64,000 nt of DNA from contig OY970354.1 of assembly GCA_963718515.1 (NCBI GenBank), forward strand, positions 694,808 to 758,807, written 5' to 3'. The stretch's first letter is position 1. Every line of letters begins with the position of its first letter. Shown here one piece after another: positions 20,853-30,076 of the stretch. A model generated the notes under the pieces. It was not told the DNA's origin, did no database searches, and saw only the letters and a program-made list of their open reading frames with translations. Source of the stretch: an uncultured bacterium. GTDB taxonomy: Bacteria; Patescibacteriota; Minisyncoccia; UBA6257; 2-01-FULL-56-20. A program made the translations under genes and the position numbers.

Positions 20853-21569
20853 CTAAACTTCTCCTTTCTGCTCGATCCACAAGCCTTCATGGGCGATGAC
20901 AAAAGCACGTGCCCAGGAACCAATTTCCTGTGTCCAGATCTCCTCGCCGAATCCGGAGATCTCTTTCGCAAGTTGATCGAGAAGAGGTGCCTGAGTTCGA
21001 AGAACCTGGACCAGGATCTTCTCATTCCCGCGCTTGTGATACTGCTCGATCGCATAGAGAACGTAATCCCATCGTTCCACTGCGTCGAACATGAGCGCTT
21101 CCGGAAGATAATATTTGGCGAGATGCGTCATGACCTGACGAGCATCTTCGGGAAATATATCGGGACTCTTCCGCGCGAACTGTAAAAGAAACGCCTCATT
21201 GAGGACGGGAAAAACAGGATTGCCCAACGGTTCGTAATGACGACGAAAAGCGAGATATTCATTGAGATCTTGCTCCGCCGTCTTATCGATGTAAAGCGTA
21301 TCCTTTTTGAGTATCCCCTCTCCAACATCATGGAGCGCCAGGCTTATGACGACAAACCCCGAATCAATGTTCCCGTATGGCCGAAGCCGTGCCATCATCA
21401 TTGATCCGAGGATGGTAATGGAAAGTGAATGTTGAAGGGAGTTTTGCAATCGCACTCCCTGGTCCTTATCGATATATTTTTTCCACCGAGGGACCTCATC
21501 CAACCCCACTTGCGGGGTCAGCCACGCATCAAGATGCGGCAGTAATACCGCGGGCACACCGTTGTTCAT
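20853..21569 (-). CDS. HD-domain phosphohydrolase-like protein
   Basis: LQHSLSITILGSMM...VVISLALHDVGEG fits the H...HD pattern. Confidence 0.5.
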   Translation of the reverse strand: MNNGVPAVLLPHLDAWLTPQVGLDEVPRWKKYIDKDQGVRLQNSLQHSLSITILGSMMMARLRPYGNIDSGFVVISLALHDVGEGILKKDTLYIDKTAEQDLNEYLAFRRHYEPLGNPVFPVLNEAFLLQFARKSPDIFPEDARQVMTHLAKYYLPEALMFDAVERWDYVLYAIEQYHKRGNEKILVQVLRTQAPLLDQLAKEISGFGEEIWTQEIGSWARAFVIAHEGLWIEQKGEV

Positions 21570-21637
21570 AACTTCCTCCGTTGTGGGATCTATCCACTTT
21601 TTATCCCGTTTCTACCAAGGAGTCAAGGATCATCGTG

Positions 21638-22810
21638 TTACAACGACCCCTTCGCAATCCTCTCGCGGATTTTTTCCACATACGTGTTAAAAAAATATAA
21701 ATTGTGGAACGTAAGGAGTGCGCCGCCGGTGATCTCGTTCGCGCGGACAAGGTGCGCGATGTACGCGCGCTGATATTGTTGGCAGACCATGCATCCGCAC
21801 GCGGCGTCGATCGGGCCTTTGTCTTTCAAGAGCGCCGCTTTATTGAAATCAACGCGGCCTTCGTGGGCACCCGCCCCGCTTTTCTTGTTTACGAATGCGA
21901 TCCCGCGCCGCGCATAATGCGTCGGCACCGTGCAGTCGAACGTGTCCACGCCACCCTTAATGATAAGTTCGATATCCTCGGGATGCCCGATACCGAGCAA
22001 GTGCCGCGGACGCTTTTGGTCGAGAAGCGGCAAAACCCACCGCAATATTTTTTTGGATTCATCCTTTGATTCGCCGATGTCGCCGCCGATCGCGAACCCA
22101 TCGAAATCCTGCCGCGTAATGAACCGCGCGCCCTCTCTTCGCAGATCCTCAAAATCCGCGCCCTGCACGATGCCGTATAAAGCCTGCTTTCCCCGCCGCG
22201 CGGCGAGCGAACGCTTTGCCCAACGGTGCGTCCGCGCGAGCGACTGCTTCATGTACGTGTGCGTGGCCCCCGGCGGCGGGCACTCGTCGAACGCGTACAT
22301 AATGTCCGCGCCCAATTTCTCCTGGATCGCGATCGACGTTTCCGGCGAGAGAAAAAGTTCATCGCCGGTCATGGGCGATCGGAAGTGCACGCCCTCTTCC
22401 GTCATTTTTAAAAATTTCGGCTGGTTGCCTTTCTCGATCGCGCGCTCAACCTTTCCCGGATAATATTTTATGGAATTTTTCCCCACGCCGAGGTCGCGCC
22501 CAAAGCCGAGACTGAATACCTGGAATCCGCCCGAGTCCGTCATTGAGGGCTTCGGCCAGTTCATGAATTTGTTGATGCCGCCAGCGGTCTTCACGATTTT
22601 TTCGCCCGGCTGTAGATGAAGATGGTATGTGTTCGAAATGAGCAGTTGCGTTTTCGTGGCGGCGATCTCGTCGCTCCGCAGGGCTTTGACCGCCGCAAGC
22701 GTGGCGACGGGCACGATCGCGGGCGTCATCACCTCGCCATGCGGCGTCTTCAATATGCCAAGCCGCGCCGCGCTTTTTTTAGATTTTTTTAATATCGAAA
22801 ATTCGATCAT
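21638..22810 (-). CDS. tgt: Queuine tRNA-ribosyltransferase
   Basis: TPAIVPVATLAAVK, DSGGFQVFSL, FAIGGDIGES and the zinc site CGCMVCQQYQRAYIAHL. Confidence 0.9.
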   Translation of the reverse strand: MIEFSILKKSKKSAARLGILKTPHGEVMTPAIVPVATLAAVKALRSDEIAATKTQLLISNTYHLHLQPGEKIVKTAGGINKFMNWPKPSMTDSGGFQVFSLGFGRDLGVGKNSIKYYPGKVERAIEKGNQPKFLKMTEEGVHFRSPMTGDELFLSPETSIAIQEKLGADIMYAFDECPPPGATHTYMKQSLARTHRWAKRSLAARRGKQALYGIVQGADFEDLRREGARFITRQDFDGFAIGGDIGESKDESKKILRWVLPLLDQKRPRHLLGIGHPEDIELIIKGGVDTFDCTVPTHYARRGIAFVNKKSGAGAHEGRVDFNKAALLKDKGPIDAACGCMVCQQYQRAYIAHLVRANEITGGALLTFHNLYFFNTYVEKIRERIAKGSL

Positions 22811-22896
22811 GAGCCTAGTTTACATGATAAACCCGGGAAACAAAAATAGGGCATTCGCCGAACTATCATCTGCCAGGAGGCGAATCCCTATTTTGT

Positions 22897-23208
22897 TTAT
22901 AACCCTATCCCGGTCCCGCTCGGCGTGGTCGATGAAGGATAGCCCGCGGTCGGCGGCACCATCATTCCGCCATAACCGCCCTGCATTCTTGCGTTATGCA
23001 GATAATACGCCCGGTACATATCATGAAATTCGGCTCGGAACTCCCCGATCTTCACCCCGATACAAAACGCTGCAACGAGAATAAGGAAGCCGACGATCCA
23101 ACGGAGTATGCGCCATGCGCTCCCGCAACCGCAATTGCACCCAGCACCGCACGCGCACGTTGTCTTTCCCTGCGAAACTATTTTTGAACCGTTCTTTTCA
23201 CTGTTCAT
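22897..23208 (-). CDS. Small Cys-rich membrane protein, hypothetical
   Basis: CACGAGCNCGCG is followed by one TM helix and a Gly/Met/Tyr-rich tail. Confidence 0.45.
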   Translation of the reverse strand: MNSEKNGSKIVSQGKTTCACGAGCNCGCGSAWRILRWIVGFLILVAAFCIGVKIGEFRAEFHDMYRAYYLHNARMQGGYGGMMVPPTAGYPSSTTPSGTGIGL

Positions 23209-23293
23209 TGCTGAAGATATTATCCTATCTTATTAAACGTGCGACCTTTCATTCACTTTATTCTAAGTCATTTTTCGGATATAATCCAACATT

Positions 23294-25423
23294 ATGGAGC
23301 CGCGCTATGACCATCGTGAGGTCGAACCCAAAATATATAAGCAGTGGGAAGATTCCGGATATTTTAACCCTGATAATCTTCCGGCCGCCGCCGAGTCAAA
23401 TGCCGAGCCGTTCACTATAATAATGCCGCCGCCGAACGCGAACGGCCTGCTTCATGCCGGGCACGCGATGTTCATCACGATCGAGGACATTATGATCCGC
23501 TACGCGCGCATGCGCGGTAAGAAGGCGCTCTGGCTTCCGGGCACCGACCACGCCGGTTTTGAAACCCAAGTGGTCTACGAGCGCACGCTCGAAAAGGAAG
23601 GCCGCTCGCGCTTCGATATCACCCGCGAAGAACTCTATAAAGAGATTTGGGATTTCACGCAGGAACATAAAAAAAATACCGAGAATGGTTTGCGATCGCT
23701 CGGCGCATCATGCGATTGGTCGCGCGAAAAATTCACGCTCGATCCCGAGATCGTAAAAGTTGTCTACGGCACGTTCAAGCGGCTCGCGGATGATAAATTG
23801 TTATATCGCGGCAAGCGCATCGTCAACTGGTGCTCAAAGCACCAGACGTCATTCTCCGATCTTGAGATCGAAGATGTCGAACGCGTCGATCCCCTTTACT
23901 ATTTGCAATACGGCCCGTTCGTCATCGCGACCGCGCGGCCCGAGACAAAGTTCGGCGACAAGTACGTGGTGATGCATCCGGATGACAAGCGCTACGCCCA
24001 GTATAAAGAAGGCGACACGATCGACCTCGAGTGGATCAACGGCCCGATCACGGCCACTATCATAAAAGACGATGTCATCGATATGAACTTCGGCACCGGC
24101 GCGATGACGATCACTCCGTGGCATGATGCCACCGACTTTGCGATCGCGGAACGGCACGGCCTGGAGAAAATTCAGATCATCGACGAGCGTGGGAAACTTT
24201 TGCCCATCGCGGACGAATTCGCGGGGATGAAAATCGCCGAAGCGCGGCCAAAGATCGTGGAGAAGCTCGCGGCCAAAGGATTGCTCGTTAAAACCGACGA
24301 GCATTATAAGCACGTGGTTCGTACGTGCTATAAATGCGGCACCGTCATAGAGCCGCAAATAAAAGACCAATGGTTTATAAGAACTAAACCGCTTGCGGAA
24401 CGCGCGATCGCGGCGATCAATGACAAAGGCATCACCTTCACTCCGGAACATTATAAAAAAATATGTCTGCACTGGCTCGAGAACATCAACGACTGGAACA
24501 TTTCGCGACAGATCGCATGGGGCATCCCCATTCCCGCAAAGCTGTGCGACGCGTGCGGCGAGGGAATTGTTGATATCGATGACTCGGTGAAAAAGTGCCC
24601 AAAGTGCGGCGGCGCGGCCCTGCGCAAAGATCCCGATACCTTCGACACCTGGTTCTCCTCCGGCCAGTGGCCATTCGCCACGCTCGGCTATCCCGACGGA
24701 AAGGATTTTAAAACATATTATCCCACCGACGTGATGGAAACTGCCGGCGAAATTATTTTCTTCTGGGTCACGCGCATGATCATGCTCGGACTCTACGCCA
24801 CAAACAAAGTTCCCTTCAAAAAAGTGTATCTGCACGGACTTGTGCTCGACGCGAAAGGCCAAAAGATGTCCAAGTCCAAGGGCAATGTGATCGACCCGCT
24901 CGCGCTCACGGAAAAATACGGCACCGACGCCCTGCGCATCGCGCTCGTGATCGGTAACACGCCCGGCACTTCGCTCGCGCTCTCGGAAGACCGCATCCGC
25001 GGCTACCGCAACTTTTCCACAAAGATCTGGAACATCGCGCGGTTCATCCTAATGAACAAGCCGCCAAACGCGGACGAGGAGGGTGGCGTGGGCTTGGCGA
25101 TGGCGATCGGCGACCGCCCCGAGATGAAGGAGATCGCGGCGCTGAGAGGCGAGGTCGGCGTTCATATTGAAAACTTCGAGTTCCATCTTGCCGCGGAAAA
25201 ACTCTACCACTATGTCTGGCACCGGCTCGCGGACGAGATCATTGAACAGGAAAAAGTGGCTCTTCACGACGGATCGCCCGAAGAGAAGGCGCGATCGTAC
25301 GCATTGCTCGAATTTCTCCTGTTGGGTTCGCTCACGATGCTTCACCCTTTCATGCCGTTCATCACTGAAGAGATCTATCAGATATTCAATCCCGGAACGA
25401 TGCTGATGGTGCAAGAGTGGTAA
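23294..25423 (+). CDS. valS: Valine--tRNA ligase (compact form, 709 aa)
   Basis: PPPNANGLLHAGHA (HIGH), KMSKSKGN (KMSKS), the CP1 editing region and a Cys cluster (CDACG...CPKCGG). Confidence 0.9.
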   Translation: MEPRYDHREVEPKIYKQWEDSGYFNPDNLPAAAESNAEPFTIIMPPPNANGLLHAGHAMFITIEDIMIRYARMRGKKALWLPGTDHAGFETQVVYERTLEKEGRSRFDITREELYKEIWDFTQEHKKNTENGLRSLGASCDWSREKFTLDPEIVKVVYGTFKRLADDKLLYRGKRIVNWCSKHQTSFSDLEIEDVERVDPLYYLQYGPFVIATARPETKFGDKYVVMHPDDKRYAQYKEGDTIDLEWINGPITATIIKDDVIDMNFGTGAMTITPWHDATDFAIAERHGLEKIQIIDERGKLLPIADEFAGMKIAEARPKIVEKLAAKGLLVKTDEHYKHVVRTCYKCGTVIEPQIKDQWFIRTKPLAERAIAAINDKGITFTPEHYKKICLHWLENINDWNISRQIAWGIPIPAKLCDACGEGIVDIDDSVKKCPKCGGAALRKDPDTFDTWFSSGQWPFATLGYPDGKDFKTYYPTDVMETAGEIIFFWVTRMIMLGLYATNKVPFKKVYLHGLVLDAKGQKMSKSKGNVIDPLALTEKYGTDALRIALVIGNTPGTSLALSEDRIRGYRNFSTKIWNIARFILMNKPPNADEEGGVGLAMAIGDRPEMKEIAALRGEVGVHIENFEFHLAAEKLYHYVWHRLADEIIEQEKVALHDGSPEEKARSYALLEFLLLGSLTMLHPFMPFITEEIYQIFNPGTMLMVQEW

Positions 25424-25430
25424 ACTGATA

Positions 25431-26129
25431 GTGATGTTACTCCTCATCCTCGCTCTCATCTTTGGATTACTGCCGGGCTTTGCGTGGCTTTTTTTCTATC
25501 TCGGTGAAAAGCCGCGGCCGGAGCCAAAGCGGCTCATCGTGTTCACCTTCATCGTCGGCATGGCGTTCGGATTCTTTACCGTCGCGATCGAAATGTTCTT
25601 CAATAATGCCGCGGCAGGAATCGGCATACAGGAACTTTCCATCGGCTCCCTGCTCGGCCTCGCACTCATAGAAGAGGTCATGAAATTCGCGGCGGCGCAC
25701 TTTGCGATCACGAGAAGCCCCGAGTTCAACGAACCGATCGATGCGATGATCTATATGATCGTCGCCGCGCTCGGCTTTGCGACGCTCGAGAACATCGGCG
25801 CCATCGCCAACCTCACGCCGCAGGCGGGATTGCTGATCCCCGCCGTGCTCGCGACGATCTCCGCGCGTTTCATCGGCGCAACACTCCTTCACACGCTCAC
25901 GTCCGGCCTCGTCGGCTATCAGTGGGCGCTCGGCATCGTAAAGGGCAAGGTCAAAGAATATCTCTTCGTCGGCCTCGTGATCGCCGCCATTTTGCACGCA
26001 TCGTTCAACTATCTTATACTTACCTATGGAGCGAGCGCCTACTCCGTGGTATTCTTATTGGTGATCGGATTCTTCGTGCTGAGCGATTTTGAAAAACTGA
26101 AATTGCGCGAGATCAATATAATAACGTAA
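25431..26129 (+). CDS. PrsW family intramembrane metalloprotease
   Basis: Polytopic protein with LIEEVMKFAAA (EExxK) and LLHTLTSG motifs. Confidence 0.75.
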   Translation: MMLLLILALIFGLLPGFAWLFFYLGEKPRPEPKRLIVFTFIVGMAFGFFTVAIEMFFNNAAAGIGIQELSIGSLLGLALIEEVMKFAAAHFAITRSPEFNEPIDAMIYMIVAALGFATLENIGAIANLTPQAGLLIPAVLATISARFIGATLLHTLTSGLVGYQWALGIVKGKVKEYLFVGLVIAAILHASFNYLILTYGASAYSVVFLLVIGFFVLSDFEKLKLREINIIT

Positions 26130-26153
26130 TCAGATTTAACGTAACCATATTTT

Positions 26154-26714
26154 ATGATAATGAACAGCGAGGACGAAAAGTTTTTTGAAGGACTCTCCGG
26201 TGCCGCGGGCGCGGGGAGCGCGAAGGGCGGTGACGTGAGCGGCGACAGCGAAGCCGAAGCTGAATACTCTGTTGAACTTGCAAAGGCAGGTAGTGGCGTT
26301 CTTTCCACTGCCTCGACCGCGCGGCCGAAGATCATCCGCACGCGAAGCGAAAAAGAAGATGAGGCGTGGGACGATGGCGAGCCGGAAGGCCAGCTGACCG
26401 TCGATGTCTACCAGACGGCGAATGACATCGTCGTCGAATCCGCCATCGCGGGCGTCGACCCGGAGGACATCGACGTGAACGTCACCACCGATTCGATCTC
26501 CATCCGCGGTTCGCGCAAGCGCGAGAAGGCGGTGCGCGATGAAGATTACTTGTACCAGGAATGCTACTGGGGAAAATTCGGCCGCTCTATTATTTTGCCG
26601 CAGGAAGTGGATCCGGAAGGCGCCGAGGTCAAATTCAAGAACGGCATATTGACGGTCACCCTGCCCAAGGCAAATAAGAAGAAGGTGCATAAGCTTAAAG
26701 TGCGCGTGAGCTAG
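26154..26714 (+). CDS. Hsp20/alpha-crystallin family small heat-shock protein
   Basis: QLTVDVYQTANDIVVESAIAGVDPEDIDV...FGRSIILPQEVDPEGAEVKFKNGILTVTLPK. Confidence 0.85.
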   Translation: MIMNSEDEKFFEGLSGAAGAGSAKGGDVSGDSEAEAEYSVELAKAGSGVLSTASTARPKIIRTRSEKEDEAWDDGEPEGQLTVDVYQTANDIVVESAIAGVDPEDIDVNVTTDSISIRGSRKREKAVRDEDYLYQECYWGKFGRSIILPQEVDPEGAEVKFKNGILTVTLPKANKKKVHKLKVRVS

Positions 26715-26797
26715 GTCTTTCCCGGCGCTCTGCTATTTAGCTTGCATAAAATCGCCTGTTCACCTATAATACTGTCAATAAAGTAATCACTACGAAC

Positions 26798-27019
26798 ATG
26801 AGGAAATGCGCACGATGCGAGAAAACTTCACAGATGGGCGGGCACCGCATATTGCTCCGCGGCCATTATAATCCCACGAACTGGACCCGAAAGTATCCTA
26901 ATTTGCAGTACACGACCGTTGACGGCAAACGCATGCTCGTCTGCACCGGTTGCTTGAGGACTTTGCACAAGGCGCCGCACAAAGTGGTGCGCGCAAAAGC
27001 GGCAGTAGCGGCGAAATAA
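26798..27019 (+). CDS. rpmB: 50S ribosomal protein L28
   Basis: MRKCARCEKTSQMGGH...TRKYPNLQYTTV...VCTGCLRTL has L28-like size and the PNLQ motif. Confidence 0.7.
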   Translation: MRKCARCEKTSQMGGHRILLRGHYNPTNWTRKYPNLQYTTVDGKRMLVCTGCLRTLHKAPHKVVRAKAAVAAK

Positions 27020-27027
27020 CCAAAAAC

Positions 27028-27495
27028 GTGAAAGAAAAGTTCGAATCGCCCCATATTGAAAACGATCCCGAACAGGAATACCAGGCTCTTTCCGGCAAAG
27101 AGAAGTTTGAGCGCCTGCTCCATCTTTTTGGAACCGCCAATGCTCGAGATAGTTTTATTGAGATCTGTAAAAAATATGTCGCTGAGCGGAGAATGAGTTC
27201 TCACTCTGGGAGAAGTGAATACTCCGGAACAAATCGGACTTATTCTCCCCCAAAAAGAGCAGATTTTCATAACCAGATTATGGACACTTTGAAAAAACTT
27301 GCGACCCAAACCCGAAAGATGGATCCCGTGACGCAAAAAGTATTATACGAAGTAGCCAGCCGGGAGGCAATGGCTCTTATCGCGCAGGAATGGGTTTCTG
27401 CAAATGAATATGGAGAGGATGAAGATGAAGATCATAAGGCTCGCAGAGGAACTTCTTCGACTACCGCCTTCTTTCACTCGCGAGGCGAAGATTAG
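27028..27495 (+). CDS. Hypothetical acidic protein (start uncertain, GTG at 27028 proposed)
   Basis: An open frame continues after the rpmB stop. It has no clear RBS and no family motif. Confidence 0.3.
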   Translation: MKEKFESPHIENDPEQEYQALSGKEKFERLLHLFGTANARDSFIEICKKYVAERRMSSHSGRSEYSGTNRTYSPPKRADFHNQIMDTLKKLATQTRKMDPVTQKVLYEVASREAMALIAQEWVSANEYGEDEDEDHKARRGTSSTTAFFHSRGED

Positions 27496-27499
27496 GGCA

Positions 27500-28273
27500 T
27501 TAGAAAAAAATATCCGGCTTGAGTGTATTCACGGGGAAGATATCTTTCGGATAAATTTCTATAAGTCGAAGATTATTTTCAATACAAAATTCCCTCTTTT
27601 TTTCCAATATTGCATCGTATTTTTTCTGAACACCTGCTAAACCAAAAAATTCTATGATGATATTTGGTTGGATGAAAAAATCTGCCGTCATTTTTGTATC
27701 TCCGTAATGCCAATGCCGCTCATGTGCGATATTATTTTTTATAAGCCAGTCGTCGATGATCCGCTCCGTAAATGAATCACAGGAATGCCCATCGCCTGCC
27801 GTAAATTTCTTTGCGAAGAGAACTGGATTAGGATCAAATCCTGCGTCTACGATCGCCTTATTCCAACTACCAAATTCATTTTTGAACGCGTTAAAAGAAT
27901 TAAATTCACGCTTCAGCGGAATTCGTCCATTATCTTTATAAAATGTGGTTATTCTCCCGAGAAGCTCTTCTCTTGTATACTTCCTCAAAATCCAAAATGG
28001 CTTCAATCGATGCACGGCTAAATTTCTATCTTTTTCAGTCCATACGTGTTGATTTCGCCTCATTTGAATTTCTCGTTTTTGCTGTGGAGATAAAATAGTT
28101 CCCCTCGTCCACACATCCGCCGAGCCTAAACTTATTCCTAATTTCTTTGATATCTCTCTGTGGGTTTTCCCTTTTGCACGCAATTCGCGGGCTTTTTTAT
28201 GAACAAAGGTCGAGTATCGTACCCCATTTCGATGTTTTGCTATTTTCATACATCTATTATAAAATTCATACAT
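27500..28273 (-). CDS. Homing-endonuclease-like protein (HTH + homing-endonuclease-associated repeat + PD-(D/E)XK/Vsr-like C-terminal domain)
   Basis: GKTHREISKKLGISLGS (HTH), GRIPLKREFNSFNAFKNEFGSWNKAIVDAGF and a C-terminal SFTERIIDDWL...ADFFI...IIIEFFG. The gene is AT-richer than its neighbours and abuts tRNA-Pro. Confidence 0.55.
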   Translation of the reverse strand: MYEFYNRCMKIAKHRNGVRYSTFVHKKARELRAKGKTHREISKKLGISLGSADVWTRGTILSPQQKREIQMRRNQHVWTEKDRNLAVHRLKPFWILRKYTREELLGRITTFYKDNGRIPLKREFNSFNAFKNEFGSWNKAIVDAGFDPNPVLFAKKFTAGDGHSCDSFTERIIDDWLIKNNIAHERHWHYGDTKMTADFFIQPNIIIEFFGLAGVQKKYDAILEKKREFCIENNLRLIEIYPKDIFPVNTLKPDIFF

Positions 28274-28288
28274 TAAAAATATATTAAG

Positions 28289-28359
28289 CGGGCCGTGGCG
28301 TAGTGGTAGCGCACATCCATGGGGTGGATGAAGCCCGGATTCGATTCCCGGCGGCCCGA
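28289..28359 (+). tRNA. tRNA-Pro (anticodon GGG)
   Basis: Acceptor cgggccg/cggcccg gives the C1:G72 pair typical of tRNA-Pro. The anticodon arm is catcc-ATGGGGT-ggatg and the T loop is ttcgatt. The A/C at the 53:61 position may be a sequence error. Confidence 0.8.
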
Positions 28360-28364
28360 CAAGA

Positions 28365-28427
28365 AAAATAAAAGCAGTCCTTTGCCTCCCGGCAGATGAT
28401 AGTTCGGCAAAGGACTGCTTTTATTTT
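28365..28427. terminator. 22-bp inverted repeat with A-run/T-run; member H2 of the conserved-loop hairpin family
   Basis: aaaataaaagcagtcctttgcc / loop tcccggcagatgatagttc / ggcaaaggactgcttttatttt. Confidence 0.7.
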
Positions 28428-28444
28428 CGGGGTATAATAATTTT

Positions 28445-29386
28445 ATGGAAGAGATATTTATCGCCAACGCGACGAACGAGTTGACCGAGCATGTGGTCTA
28501 TCATAAGCTCGCGCGTGCGGAGAAGGATCCGGCGAACCGCGAGGCGCTCGAGCGGCTTTCGGCGCAGGAGAAAACGCACTATGAATTCTGGAAAACTCTG
28601 CTCGTGGAAACGAGCGGCAATGGCGGCACCGATCACATTGCGGCGGCGCGAGCGGCGGCAACTACGGCGGCGGAGCGCATCCGCCCGCGCTGGTACACTG
28701 TCTGGGGCATCTCATTCTTCCGCTTTATTTTCGGCGTGACATTCACGACCAAGCTCCTCGAGACGCATGAAAACGGTGCGGTAAAAAATTATGAAAGCAT
28801 CCTTAGCTCGATCCCCGCATCGCATCGCGCGCGATTCCTCGAGATCATCGAGGACGAAAAGTCCCACGAACGGGCGCTTATCGCCCAGCTCAAAGAAAAG
28901 CGTGTGAGCTACATCGGATTCATCGTGCTCGGCCTCGCCGACGCAATCGTCGAAATCACGGGCGTCCACGCCGGATTCCTCGGCGTCACGGGATCCACGC
29001 TCATCGCGGGCGTTTCGGGCGTAATCGTGGGATTCGCGGCAGCCATCTCCATGGGATCGGCCGGATATCTCCAGGCCAAGCAGGATCCCGAAAAATCCGC
29101 GCTCCTTTCGGGATTCCTCACATGGGTGTCGTACTTTTGCTCCGTCATCCTGCTCGCGCTCCCCTATTTTTTGATCCGCACGATGATCACCGCATTCATC
29201 GTCTCCACGTCCGTCGGCATCGTGCTCGTCGCGGGATTCACCTTCTACGGCGCGGTCGTCTTTGACCGCACATTTTGGCGCGAGTTCGGCGAGACCGTCG
29301 GGCTTATGCTCGGCACCGCCCTCGCCACGTACATTCTCGGCACCATCGTCGGCAACGTGTTCCATATCCACCCGACAAGCTTTTAG
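28445..29386 (+). CDS. Ferritin-like domain fused to VIT1/CCC1 family iron/manganese transporter
   Basis: The N-terminus is ELTEHVVYHKLARAEKD...EKTHYEFW (ferritin-like). The C-terminus has a 5-TM VIT1-like region (GLADAIVEITGV...). Confidence 0.7.
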   Translation: MEEIFIANATNELTEHVVYHKLARAEKDPANREALERLSAQEKTHYEFWKTLLVETSGNGGTDHIAAARAAATTAAERIRPRWYTVWGISFFRFIFGVTFTTKLLETHENGAVKNYESILSSIPASHRARFLEIIEDEKSHERALIAQLKEKRVSYIGFIVLGLADAIVEITGVHAGFLGVTGSTLIAGVSGVIVGFAAAISMGSAGYLQAKQDPEKSALLSGFLTWVSYFCSVILLALPYFLIRTMITAFIVSTSVGIVLVAGFTFYGAVVFDRTFWREFGETVGLMLGTALATYILGTIVGNVFHIHPTSF

Positions 29387-29436
29387 CTTGACATATTATA
29401 TACAAAAATATATTTTAACCGCAGGAGGATCTTTAC

Positions 29437-29838
29437 ATGGAAAATCCGGGTCCATGGAAAAAGCGCCCGCTGAGCATAGTTCCTTGCGATAAGGGAATGA
29501 TCACAGGCCTTTTCGAACAAAGATTCGGCATCCTCGAAAGGCCGTTCACGCACTTTCACATTTTGAAAGAACCCTGGGGTCGTATTTTTATCCAGAGCGA
29601 GGTATATGGCGCCCCGAAATTTCTTCGGCCGATCAGGACGTGGGATGCACTCTCTCGTGAATTGGTCCGACTCAAGATGGAAATCGGCTACCGCAACATG
29701 AAGCATCCCAATGATGCTGTCGAGGGGTGGGATCTCTCCGCGGGCATCGATGACGAGCAGCTCGTCATCATCGCATATCCACTCTGGGTTCCTAAATCTG
29801 TTCGAATAGTAATATCCAACGCCGAGGTGGTCGCATGA
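29437..29838 (+). CDS. Hypothetical protein (133 aa)
   Basis: AGGAGGA lies 7 nt upstream of the ATG. It is preferred over the overlapping antisense ORF 29383..29868, which lacks an RBS. Confidence 0.45.
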   Translation: MENPGPWKKRPLSIVPCDKGMITGLFEQRFGILERPFTHFHILKEPWGRIFIQSEVYGAPKFLRPIRTWDALSRELVRLKMEIGYRNMKHPNDAVEGWDLSAGIDDEQLVIIAYPLWVPKSVRIVISNAEVVA

Positions 29839-30076
29839 CCGCCCCGGCGTTTCACTTTGCGTCGCCAATGAAAAAAGACCAACTCATGTTGGTCTTTTTT
29901 CACAATCCCGTCAGATTTCTGGCGTAATAGCCAGGTGGGTGAACTCAACTGCGGTCCACGGACGGCAGAGATTTGTTCTCCCAATTAATATTGTTTGATC
30001 CGAAATCTGCTCGGGATCTGTATCCATTATACCACCCTGGAAAAGAAGGCAAAAATGGCATAGAATACACCTTGCA

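Noticed and set aside
23849-24862. 337-aa ORF antisense to valS. Similar long antisense ORFs: 12785..13516, 41729..42577, 38135..38833, 28712..29371, 59827..60369.
   Set aside because: These are shadow ORFs typical of GC-rich coding DNA. They have Arg/Gly/Pro-rich low-complexity translations and no motifs, and each overlaps a well-supported gene on the other strand.
29383-29868. 161-aa minus-strand ORF overlapping 29437..29838 (+).
   Set aside because: It has no RBS and its C-terminal part runs through the promoter/RBS region of the plus-strand ORF. The plus ORF has AGGAGGA at correct spacing. Neither has a recognisable family, so confidence stays low.
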